Origin: Euglena gracilis
Lineage: Eukaryota
Direction: 5' to 3'
NCBI GenBank assembly: GCA_039621445.1
Contig: CP154954.1
Coordinates: 18,134,589 to 18,198,588 of the forward strand
Length of the DNA: 64,000 nucleotides
The notes beneath the pieces are model-generated. The model was not told the DNA's origin and searched no databases. It worked only from the letters and a program-made list of their open reading frames with translations. Numbering within the stretch: position 1 is the first letter of the stretch; every line of letters begins with the position of its first letter. The translations under genes were made by a program, and so were the position numbers. Below, piece after piece: positions 12,401 through 25,449 of this stretch.

Positions 12401-15400
12401 AGTGGTGACGACCAAATTCAGCCACGCCGCTTGGTACTCTTACCATCCCCCCCCCGAGCTATTCCCATAGGGGGGACGGGAATAGCTCACTGTCATAGCA
12501 CTTTTTATAAAGAACTTCCCAAAAAAGTGCTCAAAAATCGACGTTTTTGGGACAGCCATAGAAAAGGAAAGGTCTCCCCCCTCAGTTCTTAGTCTATGTC
12601 CTTAGTCCGTTCTGGGCAAATTTTTTTTCGATTTTTTTTCGACTTTTTTGACCCATGATGCCCTTCCTGGGTCATGATGCGCATCATAGGTCATGATGGG
12701 CATCATGGCCATCACGGGTCATGATGGCCATGATGGTTGAAAAACGCCCATTTTCGGCTCGAAAACCCTTTTTCCGGGTCCGGGAGGCCCAAAAGCATGG
12801 TTTTGGGTAAAAAATTTTTCGATATTTTTCGCCTTTTTTGGCCGAAAGTCCACCAGTGGAAAAAGTGTACAAAATGGCCAAAATCGGCCGAAAAACGGCC
12901 GTATCTCGGGCTACGCGAACAGTTGCGGGAAAATCAAAATACCAGTGGATGGGGCGTTCCAACAAGGGCTTCAAATTTGGTCTCTGGACATTTCCTTTGA
13001 TTTTGCTTCATTTTGGAGATATTTTAAAAACGTGTTCAGCCCGCCAAATGCCTGCCCTGAAATTCGTGGTCATGAACACGTTTTCCATGAGGGCATCTGT
13101 GGCAATGACACGTTTTCCATTAAGGCATCTGTGGTCAGGCACGTTTTCCATTAAGGCATCTGTGGCAATGACACGTTTTCCATTAGGGCATCTGTGGCAA
13201 TGGCATGTTTTCCATTAGGGCATCTGTGGCAACGGCACGTTTTCCATTAGGGCATCTGTGGCAATCACGTGTCGTCCGAAATCGTCCGAAAATGCATTTT
13301 GCGAAATCGATCGACGATCGCGAGCGGATCTCTGGCTGTGAAAGTTGTTCAGGAACAAACTCACCCCTCGATCGAAAACTCTTTTCATCAGACGACTAGT
13401 GGTGACGACCAAATTCAGCCACGCCGCTTGGTACTCTTACCATCCCCCCCCCCCCCGAGCTGTCCCCCCCCCCCGAGCTATTCCCATAGGGGGGACGGGA
13501 ATAGCTCACTGTCATAGCACTTTTTATAAAGAACTTCCCAAAAAAGTGCTCAAAAATCGACGTTTTTGGGACAGCCATAGAAAAGGAAAGGTCTCCCCCC
13601 TCAGTTCTTAGTCTATGTCCTTAGTCCGTTCTGGGCAAAATTTTTTTTCGATTTTTTTTCGACTTTTTTGACCCATGATGCCCTTCCTGGGTCATGATGC
13701 GCATCATAGGTCATGATGGGCATCATGGCCATCACGGGTCATGATGGCCATGATGGTCGAAAAACGCCCATTTTCGGCTCGAAAACCCTTTTTTCGGGTC
13801 CGGGAGGCCCAAAAGCATGGTTTTGGGGAAAAAATTTTTCGATATTTTTCGCCTTTTTTGGCCGAAAGTCCACCAGTGGAAAAAGTGTACAAAATGGCCA
13901 AAATCGGCCGAAAAACGGCCGTATCTCGGGCTACGCGAACAGTTGTGGGAAAATCAAAATACCAGTGGATGGGGCGTTCCAACAAGGGCTTCAAATTTGG
14001 TCTCTGGACATTTCCTTTGATTTTGCTTCATTTTGGAGATATTTTAAAAACGTGTTCAGCCCGCCAAATGCCTGCCCTGAAATTCGTGGTCATGAACACG
14101 TTTTCCATGAGGGCATCTGTGGCAATGACACGTTTTCCATTAAGGCATCTGTGGTCAGGCACGTTTTCCATTAAGGCATCTGTGGCAATGACACGTTTTC
14201 CATTAGGGCATCTGTGGCAATGGCATGTTTTCCATTAGGGCATCTGTGGCAACGGCACGTTTTCCATTAGGGCATCTGTGGCAATCACGTGTCGTCCGAA
14301 ATCGTCCGAAAATGCATTTTGCGAAATCGATCGACGATCGCGAGCGGATCTCTGGCTGTGAAAGTTGTTCAGGAACAAACTCACCCCTCGATCGAAAACT
14401 CTTTTCATCAGACGACTAGTGGTGACGACCAAATTCAGCCACGCCGCTTGGTACTCTTACCATCCCCCCCCCCCCGAGCCCCCCCCCCCCCCCCCCCCAG
14501 CTATTCCCATAGGGGGGACGGGAATAGCTCACTGTCATGGACATTTTTATAAAGAACTTCCCAAAAAAGTGCTCAAAAATCGACGTTTTTGGGACAGCCA
14601 TAGAAAAGGAAAGGTCTCCCCCCTCAGTTCTTAGTCTATGTCCTTAGTCCGTTCTGGGCAAATTTTTTTTCGATTTTTTTTTCGACTTTTTTGACCCATG
14701 ATGCCCTTCCTGGGTCATGATGCGCATCATAGGTCATGATGGGCATCATGGCCATCACGGGTCATGATGGCCATGATGGTTGAAAAACGCCCATTTTCGG
14801 CTCGAAAACCCTTTTTCCGGGTCCGGGAGGCCCAAAAGCATGGTTTTGGGTAAAAAATTTTTCGATATATTTCGCACTTATTGGCCGAAAGTCCACCAGT
14901 GGAAAAAGTGTACAAAATGGCCAAAATCGGCCGAAAAACGGCCGTATCTCGGGCTACGCGAACAGTTGCGGGAAAATCAAAATACCAGTGGATGGGGCGT
15001 TCCAACAAGGGCTTCAAATTTGGTCTCTGGACATTTCCTTTGATTTTGCTTCATTTTGGAGATATTTTAAAAACGTGTTCAGCCCGCCAAATGCCTGCCC
15101 TGAAATTCGTGGTCATGAACACGTTTTCCATGAGGGCATCTGTGGCAATGACACGTTTTCCATTAAGGCATCTGTGGTCAGGCACGTTTTCCATTAAGGC
15201 ATCTGTGGCAATGACACGTTTTCCATTAGGGCATCTGTGGCAACGGCACGTTTTCCATTAGGGCATCTGCTGCAATCACGTGTCGTCCGAAATCGTCCGA
15301 AAATGCATTTTGCGAAATCGATCGACGATCGCGAGCGGATCTCTGGCTGTGAAAGTTGTTCAGGAACAAACTCACCCCTCGATCGAAAACTCTTTTCATC

Positions 15401-18400
15401 AGACGACTAGTGGTGACGACCAAATTCAGCCACGCCGCTTGGTACTCTTCCCCTCCCCCCCCCCCCCGAGCTGTTCCCCCCCCCCGAGCTATTCCCATAG
15501 GGGGAATAGGTATGTATATGTATATGTATATGTATATGTGTATATGTGCATATGTGGCCAGTGTATCTCTGGGGGGGTATTGAAGTGGACCCTTGGTTTG
15601 GCACGGCACCCTGGGGTTAGTGAAGGTGTAGGATCGGCCGGTCGGATTTCGCCCGCCTGCACTGCAAATCCCACCACCTTCTTTTTCAGAGTCACTCCAG
15701 AGGCAAATCACTGTCATAGCACTTTTTATAAAGAACTTCCCAAAAAAGTGCTCAAAAATCGACGTTTTTGGGACAGCCATAGAAAAGGAAAGGTCTCCCC
15801 CCTTAGTTCTTAGTCTATGTCCTTAGTCCGTTCTGGGCAAATTTTTTTTTCGATTTTTTTTCGACTTTTTTGACCCATGATGCCCTTCCTGGGTCATGAT
15901 GCGCATCATAGGTCATGATGGGCATCATGGCCATCACAGGTCATGATGGCCATGATGGTCGAAAAACGCCCATTTTCGGCTCGAAAACCCTTTTTCCGGG
16001 TCCGGGAGGCCAAAAAGCATGGTTTTGGGTAAAAAATTTTTCGATATTTTTCGCCTTTTTTGGCCGAAAGTCCACCAGTGGAAAAAGTGTACAAAATGGC
16101 CAAAATCGGCCGAAAAACGGCCGTATCTCGGGCTACGCGAACAGTTGCGGGAAAATCAAAATACCAGTGGATGGGGCGTTCCAACAAGGGCTTCAAATTT
16201 GGTCTCTGGACATTTCCTTTGATTTTGCTTCATTTTGGAGATATTTTAAAAACGTGTTCAGCCCGCCAAATGCCTGCCCTGAAATTCGTGGTCATGAACA
16301 CGTTTTCCATGAGGGCATCTGTGGCAATGACACGTTTTCCATTAAGGCATCTGTGGTCAGGCACGTTTTCCATTAAGGCATCTGTGGCAATGACACGTTT
16401 TCCATTAGGGCATCTGTGGCAATGGCATGTTTTCCATTAGGGCATCTGTGGCAACGGCACGTTTTCCATTAGGGCATCTGTGGCAATCACGTGTCGTCCG
16501 AAATCGTCCGAAAATGCATTTTGCGAAATCGATCGACGATCGCGAGCGGATCTCTGGCTGTGAAAGTTGTTCAGGAACAAACTCACCCCTCGATCGAAAA
16601 CTCTTTTCATCAGACGACTAGTGGTGACGACCAAATTCAGCCACGCCGCTTGGTACTCTTACCATTCCCCCCCCCCCCCGAGCTGTCCCCCCCACACCCC
16701 CCGAGCTATTCCACTAGGAAGGACGGGAATAGCTCACTGTCATAGCACTTTTTATAAAGAACTTCCCAAAAAAGTGCTCAAAAATCGACGTTTTTGGGAC
16801 AGCCATAGAAAAGGAAAGGTCTCCCCCCTCAGTTCTTAGTCTATGTCCTTAGTCCGTTCTGGGCAAAATTTTTTTCGATTTTTTTTCGACTTTTTTGACC
16901 CATGATGCCCTTCCTGGGTCATGATGCGCATCATAGGTCATGATGGGCATCATGGCCATCACGGGTCATGATGGCCATGATGGTCGAAAAACGCCCATTT
17001 TCGGCTCGAAAACCCTTTTTCCGGGTCCGGGAGGCCCAAAAGCATGGTTTTGGGGAAAAAATTTTTCGATATTTTTCGCCTTTTTTGGCCGAAAGTCCAG
17101 TGGAAAAAGTGTACAAAATGGCCAAAATCGGCCGAAAAACGGCCGTATCTCGGGCTACGCGAACAGTTGTGGGAAAATCAAAATACCAGTGGATGGGGCG
17201 TTCCAACAAGGGCTTCAAATTTGGTCTCTGGACATTTCCTTTGATTTTGCTTCATTTTGGAGATATTTTAAAAACGTGTTCAGCCCGCCAAATGCCTGCC
17301 CTGAAATTCGTGGTCATGAACACGTTTTCCATGAGGGCATCTGTGGCAATGACACGTTTTCCATTAAGGCATCTGTGGTCAGGCACGTTTTCCATTAAGG
17401 CATCTGTGGCAATGACACGTTTTCCATTAGGGCATCTGTGGCAATGGCATGTTTTCCATTAGGGCATCTGTGGCAACGGCACGTTTTCCATTAGGGCATC
17501 TGTGGCAATCACGTGTCGTCCGAAATCGTCCGAAAATGCATTTTGCGAAATCGATCGACGATCGCGAGCGGATCTCTGGCTGTGAAAGTTGTTCAGGAAC
17601 AAACTCACCCCTCGATCGAAAACTCTTTTCATCAGACGACTAGTGGTGACGACCAAATTCAGCCACGCCGCTTGGTACTCTTACCATCCCCCCCCCCGAG
17701 CTGTTCCCCCCCCCCCCCGAGCTATTCCCATAGGGGGGACGGGAATAGCTCACTGTCATAGCACTTTTTATAAAGAACTTCCCAAAAAAGTGCTCAAAAA
17801 TCGACGTTTTTGGGACAGCCATAGAAAAGGAAAGGTCTCCCCCTCAGTTCTTAGTCTATGTCCTTAGTCCGTTCTGGGCAAATTTTTTTCGGGTTTTTTT
17901 TCGACTTTTTTGACCCATGATGCCCTTCCTGGGTCATGATGCGCATCATAGGTCATGATGGGCATCATGGCCATCACGGGTCATGATGGCCATGATGGTT
18001 GAAAAACGCCCATTTTCGGCTCGAAAACCCTTTTTCCGGGTCCGGGAGGCCCAAAAGCATGGTTTTGGGTAAAAATTTTTCGATATTTTTCGCCTTTTTT
18101 GGCCGAAAGTCCACCAGTGGAAAAAGTGTACAAAATGGCCAAAATCGGCCGAAAAACGGCCGTATCTCGGGCTACGCGAACAGTTGCGGGAAAATCAAAA
18201 TACCAGTGGATGGGGCGTTCCAACAAGGGCTTCAAATTTGGTCTCTGGACATTTCCTTTGATTTTGCTTCATTTTGGAGATATTTTAAAAACGTGTTCAG
18301 CCCGCCAAATGCCTGCCCTGAAATTCGTGGTCATGAACACGTTTTCCATGAGGGCATCTGTGGCAATGACACGTTTTCCATTAAGGCATCTGTGGCAATG

Positions 18401-21400
18401 ACACGTTTTCCATTAGGGCATCTGTGGCAATGGCATGTTTTCCATTAGGGCATCTGTGGCAACGGCACGTTTTCCATTAGGGCATCTGTGGCAATCACGT
18501 GTCGTCCGAAATCGTCCGAAAATGCATTTTGCGAAATCGATCGACGATCGCGAGCGGATCTCTGGCTGTGAAAGTTGTTCAGGAACAAACTCACCCCTCG
18601 ATCGAAAACTCTTTTCATCAGACGACTAGTGGTGACGACCAAATTCAGCCACGCCGCTTGGTACTCTTCCCAACCCCCCCCCCCCCCGAGCTGTTCCCCC
18701 CCCCCCCGAGCTATTCCCATAGGGGGAATAGGTATGTATATGTATATGTATATGTGTATATGTGCATATGTGGCCAGTGTATCTCTGGGGGGGTATTGAA
18801 GTGGACCCTTGGTTTGGCACGGCACCCTGGGGTTAGTGAAGGTGTAGGATCGGCCGGTCGGATTTCGCCCGCCTGCACTGCAAATCCCACCACCTTCTTT
18901 TTCAGAGTCACTCCAGAGGCAAATCACTGTCATAGCACTTTTTATAAAGAACTTCCCAAAAAAGTGCTCAAAAATCGACGTTTTTGGGACAGCCATAGAA
19001 AAGGAAAGGTCTCCCCCCTTAGTTCTTAGTCTATGTCCTTAGTCCGTTCTGGGCAAATTTTTTTTTCGATTTTTTTTCGACTTTTTTGACCCATGATGCC
19101 CTTCCTGGGTCATGATGCGCATCATAGGTCATGATGGGCATCATGGCCATCACGGGTCATGATGGCCATGATGGTCGAAAAACGCCCATTTTCGGCTCGA
19201 AAACCCTTTTTCCGGGTCCGGGAGGCCCAAAAGCATGGTTTTGGGTAAAAAATTTTTCGATATTTTTCGCCTTTTTTGGCCGAAAGTCCACCAGTGGAAA
19301 AAGTGTACAAAATGGCCAAAATCGGCCGAAAAACGGCCGTATCTCGGGCTACGCGAACAGTTGCGGGAAAATCAAAATACCAGTGGATGGGGCGTTCCAA
19401 CAAGGGCTTCAAATTTGGTCTCTGGACATTTCCTTTGATTTTGCTTCATTTTGGAGATATTTTAAAAACGTGTTCAGCCCGCCAAATGCCTGCCCTGAAA
19501 TTCGTGGTCATGAACACGTTTTCCATGAGGGCATCTGTGGCAATGACACGTTTTCCATTAAGGCATCTGTGGTCAGGCACGTTTTCCATTAAGGCATCTG
19601 TGGCAATGACACGTTTTCCATTAGGGCATCTGTGGCAATGGCATGTTTTCCATTAGGGCATCTGTGGCAACGGCACGTTTTCCATTAGGGCATCTGTGGC
19701 AATCACGTGTCGTCCGAAATCGTCCGAAAATGCATTTTGCGAAATCGATCGACGATCGCGAGCGGATCTCTGGCTGTGAAAGTTGTTCAGGAACAAACTC
19801 ACCCCTCGATCGAAAACTCTTTTCATCAGACGACTAGTGGTGACGACCAAATTCAGCCACGCCGCTTGGTACTCTTCCCACCCCCCCCCCCCCCGAGCTG
19901 TTCCCCCCCCCCCCCGAGCTATTCCCATAGGGGGGACGGGAATAGCTCACTGTCATAGCACTTTTTATAAAGAACTTCCCAAAAAAGTGCTCAAAAATCG
20001 ACGTTTTTGGGACAGCCATAGAAAAGGAAAGGTCTCCCCCCTCAGTTCTTAGTCTATGTCCTTAGTCCGTTCTGGGCAAATTTTTTTTCGATTTTTTTTC
20101 GACTTTTTTGACCCATGATGCCCTTCCTGGGTCATGATGCGCATCATAGGTCATGATGGGCATCATGGCCATCACGGGTCATGATGGCCATGATGGTTGA
20201 AAAACGCCCATTTTCGGCTCGAAAACCCTTTTTCCGGGTCCGGGAGGCCCAAAAGCATGGTTTTGGGTAAAAATTTTTCGATATTTTTCGCCTTTTTTGG
20301 CCGAAAGTCCACCAGTGGAAAAAGTGTACAAAATGGCCAAAATCGGCCGAAAAACGGCCGTATCTCGGGCTACGCGAACAGTTGCGGGAAAATCAAAATA
20401 CCAGTGGATGGGGCGTTCCAACAAGGGCTTCAAATTTGGTCTCTGGACATTTCCTTTGATTTTGCTTCATTTTGGAGATATTTTAAAAACGTGTTCAGCC
20501 CGCCAAATGCCTGCCCTGAAATTCGTGGTCATGAACACGTTTTCCATGAGGGCATCTGTGGCAATGACACGTTTTCCATTAAGGCATCTGTGGCAATGAC
20601 ACGTTTTCCATTAGGGCATCTGTGGCAATGGCATGTTTTCCATTAGGGCATCTGTGGCAACGGCACGTTTTCCATTAGGGCATCTGTGGCAATCACGTGT
20701 CGTCCGAAATCGTCCGAAAATGCATTTTGCGAAATCGATCGACGATCGCGAGCGGATCTCTGGCTGTGAAAGTTGTTCAGGAACAAACTCACCCCTCGAT
20801 CGAAAACTCTTTTCATCAGACGACTAGTGGTGACGACCAAATTCAGCCACGCCGCTTGGTACTCTTACCATCCCCCCCCCCCCCGAGCTGTTCCCCCCCC
20901 CCCGAGCTATTCCCATAGGGGGAATAGGTATGTATATGTATATGTATATGTGTATATGTGCATATGTGGCCAGTGTATCTCTGGGGGGGTATTGAAGTGG
21001 ACCCTTGGTTTGGCACGGCACCCTGGGGTTAGTGAAGGTGTAGGATCGGCCGGTCGGATTTCGCCCGCCTGCACTGCAAATCCCACCACCTTCTTTTTCA
21101 GAGTCACTCCAGAGGCAAATCACTGTCATAGCACTTTTTATAAAGAACTTCCCAAAAAAGTGCTCAAAAATCGACGTTTTTGGGACAGCCATAGAAAAGG
21201 AAAGGTCTCCCCCCTTAGTTCTTAGTCTATGTCCTTAGTCCGTTCTGGGCAAATTTTTTTTTCGATTTTTTTTCGACTTTTTTGACCCATGATGCCCTTC
21301 CTGGGTCATGATGCGCATCATAGGTCATGATGGGCATCATGGCCATCACGGGTCATGATGGCCATGATGGTCGAAAAACGCCCATTTTCGGCTCGAAAAC

Positions 21401-22248
21401 CCTTTTTTTTTTTTTTTTAGGCCCAAAAGCATGGTTTTGGGTAAAAAATTTTTCGATATTTTTCGCCTTTTTTGGCCGAAAGTCCACCAGTGGAAAAAGT
21501 GTACAAAATGGCCAAAATCGGCCGAAAAACGGCCGTATCTCGGGCTACGCGAACAGTTGCGGGAAAATCAAAATACCAGTGGATGGGGCGTTCCAACAAG
21601 GGCTTCAAATTTGGTCTCTGGACATTTCCTTTGATTTTGCTTCATTTTGGAGATATTTTAAAAACGTGTTCAGCCCGCCAAATGCCTGCCCTGAAATTCG
21701 TGGTCATGAACACGTTTTCCATGAGGGCATCTGTGGCAATGACACGTTTTCCATTAAGGCATCTGTGGTCAGGCACGTTTTCCATTAAGGCATCTGTGGC
21801 AATGACACGTTTTCCATTAGGGCATCTGTGGCAATGGCATGTTTTCCATTAGGGCATCTGTGGCAACGGCACGTTTTCCATTAGGGCATCTGTGGCAATC
21901 ACGTGTCGTCCGAAATCGTCCGAAAATGCATTTTGCGAAATCGATCGACGATCGCGAGCGGATCTCTGGCTGTGAAAGTTGTTCAGGAACAAACTCACCC
22001 CTCGATCGAAAACTCTTTTCATCAGACGACTAGTGGTGACGACCAAATTCAGCCACGCCGCTTGGTACTCTTACCACCCCCCCCCCCCCCCCCCGAGCTA
22101 TTCCCATAGGGGGGACGGGAATAGCTCACTGTCATAGCACTTTTTATAAAGAACTTCCCAAAAAAGTGCTCAAAAATCGACGTTTTTGGGACAGCCATAG
22201 AAAAGGAAAGGTCTCCCCCCTTAGTTCTTGTTCTATGTCCTTAGTCCA
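3437..22248. repeat. Tandem array of 18 near-identical ~1.02-kb units (three ~1.17-kb variants)
   Basis: Unit start CCGTTCTGGGCAA at about 3437, 4461, 5480, 6499, 7527, 8548, 9567, 10585, 11607, 12607, 13626, 14649, 15828, 16854, 17869, 19044, 20067 and 21240. Each unit holds 5-6 copies of a 32-bp minisatellite (GACACGTTTTCCATTAGGGCATCTGTGGCAAT). Confidence 0.97.
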
Positions 22249-22496
22249 AAGAGGACACAAATTGTTTGGTTTCAGCAAATCCATTCAGAAGGGGGAAAAT
22301 ACACAAGGCAATGCATTTTAGGTCCACATTGAGGGGAAACGGGCTGGCCCAGCAGTCCAACTGCAAAGAAACATCGGACACTTTTTCAGATTTGGGGAGT
22401 TGGATCCAATGTGCACAACGTAAAGCTATCTAACCGGTATAAAATGAACTCTGGAACGGTTCAAGAATCGAGGGGTGGTACCTTTGCCGGCCTGGA

Positions 22497-22644
22497 ACCC
22501 TTGTGTTATCGTTGGTGCCGGCCATCGTCATATGGGTGGTGTTCATGGATCTAATGACGTCGTCCGTGGACCTGCTGCGCAGCACCACCCACGACTCGAT
22601 GGACGTCATGGCACAAAGAATATATATATTCAGCAGTTGCTGAT
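22497..22644 (+). pseudogene. Frameshifted first-TM exon of a paralog of the receptor adenylate cyclase
   Basis: Reads TLVLSLVPAIVIWVVFMDLMTSSVDLLRSTTHDSMDVMAQ/IQQLLM, close to the exon at 61212-61356. It has 8 extra nt in an AT run at ~22617-22630 and the same intron start (GTCCAGGTTGA vs GTACAGGTTGA). Confidence 0.8.
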
Positions 22645-22973
22645 GTCCAGGTTGAGGTCTTTTTGCTCTTTGCAACTTTTGGTGCATGGCTTGATCCCCC
22701 CGCGGGGGGGGTTGGTTTGTACTCTGGAGCAGTGGTTTACCCCTTTTTTTGATGTTTAATTTGCCAAATGATGGAGGAAGGGAAGGAAGGGAGGAAGGGA
22801 ATGAAGTGAATGCCAAAATGTCATTTTGGAGGAATTTGGGGGGCTTTGTACCTCTTGATAACCAACCACCCAAGTTGCGGTGTTCAAGAGTGAATTTGAA
22901 TTTGGACCCACAGCAGTGCGGGAAAAAAAGAACTTCCCCAAATTTTGTCCAACATTGGAGAAAGGGGGTTGAG

Positions 22974-23491
22974 CAGGGGGGGGGGGAAAATTGATATCCG
23001 CAATTTTTCCGCAATTTCCGCAATTTTCCGCAATTTCCGCAATTTTCCGCAATTTTTCCGCAATTTCCGCAATTTTTCCGCAATTTTTTCCCATTTTTTT
23101 TCCCGCAGAATTTTTTCCCCACCACCGAAGATGGAAGATGCAATGAGTTCAAGCCATTCTTCAAATGGATCAACAGGTGTGCTATTGTGCTTTGTTGTTT
23201 TTTTCCCCCCCAGTTTACCAATTTTTCTCACAGGTGCACCACTGGTTACAGAATTGGGTGCGTCCCACCTGTGCAAAAAACATCAAGCGTGTTGATTTGT
23301 GCTCGCCTGCATCGACGTGGGTGTTGCGGTGTTCTGAACCTCACAATTGAAAAATTTCTAAGTCCCCTCAGACAGAAATGTGTATACCCGATATCAATTT
23401 TTCCGCAATTTTTCCGCAATTTCCGCAATTTTTCCGCAATTTTTCCGCAATTTTTCCGAAGGCCTCCGATATCAATTATTCCCCCCCCCTG
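22974..23491. mobile_element. MITE with CAG(G)n..AATTGATATC termini and internal (GCAATTTTTCC)n repeats
   Basis: TIR CAG(G)nAAAATTGATATC / GATATCAATTATT(C)nTG; flanking direct repeat GGTTGAG (7 bp, or 9 bp GGGTTGAGC if the ends are AG..CT). Confidence 0.85.
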
Positions 23492-23577
23492 GGTTGAGCG
23501 AAAAGCTGGGGAACCCCCAACTCATACATTTACTTCCAACCCCTTTCCCACCCCCTCCCCCAATGGATTTCATTCTT

Positions 23578-23645
23578 GAGGTTCTGGAGGAATTTGACTG
23601 CTTGGCATCCAGATTCTGAAATGGAAATCATTCAAGCAAAAAGAC
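23578..23645 (+). pseudogene. Degenerate second exon of the cyclase paralog
   Basis: EVLEEFD-(19 nt)-EMEIIQ aligns to EAIEQFD-ARLSEG(18 nt)-EMEMTE of exon 59569-59668, implying a 1-nt frameshift. Confidence 0.55.
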
Positions 23646-24136
23646 AATTGGAACCTGAAACCTGTTGGTGTATCAAGCGATTGAAAAGTTTGACACCCAC
23701 ATCACGGAGGGCGAGAGGGAGTTTTCAAAAATCACTTTTTGACAAATGTGCTTAAAAATGACCATTTTTTGCGAACATCCAAAAAAAGTTGCCAAAAATG
23801 ACCCCCTTGGGGTTGCCCGAGGGTCGGGTATGGGAATAGCTCGGGGGGGGGGACCTAGGTCCCCCCCCCCAAGCTGTCCCGGGGACGGGAGTAGCTCGGG
23901 GGGGGGGGTATGGTATTTCCTGTCACTGGGAAATCCTAATTTCACAATTCTTGTACCTCCCTGGACCCCAGATGCCCTCGATTCGAAGACAAAAATCGCT
24001 TCTGTATGGTTTGTTAAGCATTTTAAACCAAGCAGCCCCAAAAACCACCACAAATTTCGACTAAGATTCTGGCCGATCCGACGATTGTGAGCGTATCTCG
24101 GGCTTCGTGCAACGTTAGGGCTCCGAGCGGAAAATT

Positions 24137-24566
24137 GGCCATGGAACTTTTGGTGGTCGCTAGCGACCGAATTCTGGCGACCGGTCGCTAGCGACCGTTG
24201 GTGGTCGGAGAGACCGGTCGCTAGCGACCACCAATAATTCGACCACCCCCCCCCCCCCCCCCTCTCAGAAGATTTTTAAGCCCCCCCCCCCCTGCGAAGG
24301 AAAAATTTCCCTCAGAGAAAAACATGAAATTTTATATCAAAAATTCCTTTTTCTGCTTTTAGGATCTTGCACGAAATCAGACAATGTTTACGTTACTTTG
24401 TCAAGAGGGCGGTACGGGGGTCCGGGGGGGGGGGGGTGGGCGACAGCGGGGGGGCGCTAGCGACCGGTCGCTAGCGACCACCAATGGTCGGTCGACCGTG
24501 ACCAACGGTCGCTAGCGACCGGTCGCTAGCGACCGGTCGCTAGCGACCACCAAAAGTTCCACGGCC
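24137..24566. mobile_element. MITE with multiple GGTCGCTAGCGACC palindromes
   Basis: TIR GGCCATGGAACTTTTGGTGGTCGCTAGCGACC / GGTCGCTAGCGACCACCAAAAGTTCCACGGCC; about eight full or partial copies of the 14-bp palindrome; TSD unclear (ATT/AAT). Confidence 0.85.
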
Positions 24567-24679
24567 AATAATCCGCAATGAGCCCAACGTTAGGGTACCA
24601 AGTTACCCCTCGATCGAAAGCTCTTTTCAACAGACGGCCAGCGGTGGTCATCAGATTTTTCCACGCTTCACGGTGCTCA

Positions 24680-25098
24680 CAAAGTTTGCCGTGCGTTTAG
24701 GTATGGGGGGAGGGGTAACACGTTTTCCATTAGGGCATCTGTGGCAATGACACGTTTTCCATTAAGGCATCTGTGGTCAGGCACGTTTTCCATTAAGGCA
24801 TCTGTGGCAATGACACATCTTCCATTAAGGCATCTGTGGTCAGGCACGTTTTCCATTAGGGCGCCGTTTTTTGGGTCTGAATTTCATATTTTCGCGTTAT
24901 TTATTTTCGCCTTGCGTGACTCATGACCATGAATTTCAGGGCAGGCATTTGGCGGGCTCTGAACACGTTTTTAAACAAATTGTGGTTGAGCCCAGATTTC
25001 AGCCTGAAAACGTGTTCAGGGGGTCCCCTTCAGGAGCCCCCTCCTGAACACGTTTTCAGGCTGAAATCTGGGCTCAGCCACAATTTGTGTGTAGAAAA
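24680..25098 (+). mobile_element. Hairpin end of the Helentron-like family
   Basis: 32-bp minisatellite, subterminal IR ending GAACACGTTTTTAA, hairpin ~24975-25088 and terminal GTGTAGAAAA; colinear with 60720-61095. Confidence 0.85.
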
Positions 25099-25449
25099 TT
25101 GACATTTTTTGGCCGAAATGGCAGAGTCCAAAGGGGGGGGGGGGCGGGCCAATCCTACCCAGTTTGGACCCCTTCGCGCGTGAATAACTCGGGCCTGGCG
25201 GGGAGTTGGGGGTCAAACCCAGGTTTTCAGAAAATTCAGAAACTAGAAATCCAGTCGCTCGCGACTGAAAATTTTTTTTTCCGGAACGGGGCCGGGATCA
25301 TGGTGATAATCCGCCGGTTCCCGAGGTGGCCCTGAGGGGGGGGGGGTCGGGGGGGGGGTCCCCCGGTGGTAAGCTTCGCTCTTACCCTAAAGGGATAAGA
25401 GCTCAGGGACCCCCCATATAAGACCCCCTGGGATTTTGGCTCCCGAGGG

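Noticed and set aside
21403-21420. Poly-T patch replacing CCGGGTCCGGG in unit 18
   Set aside because: Length-neutral single occurrence; likely a consensus or sequencing error.
3516-22109. Repeated 60-180 aa ORFs in the tandem array as a gene cluster
   Set aside because: ORFs occur in all frames, are broken by homopolymer length changes, and translate minisatellite and TE sequence.
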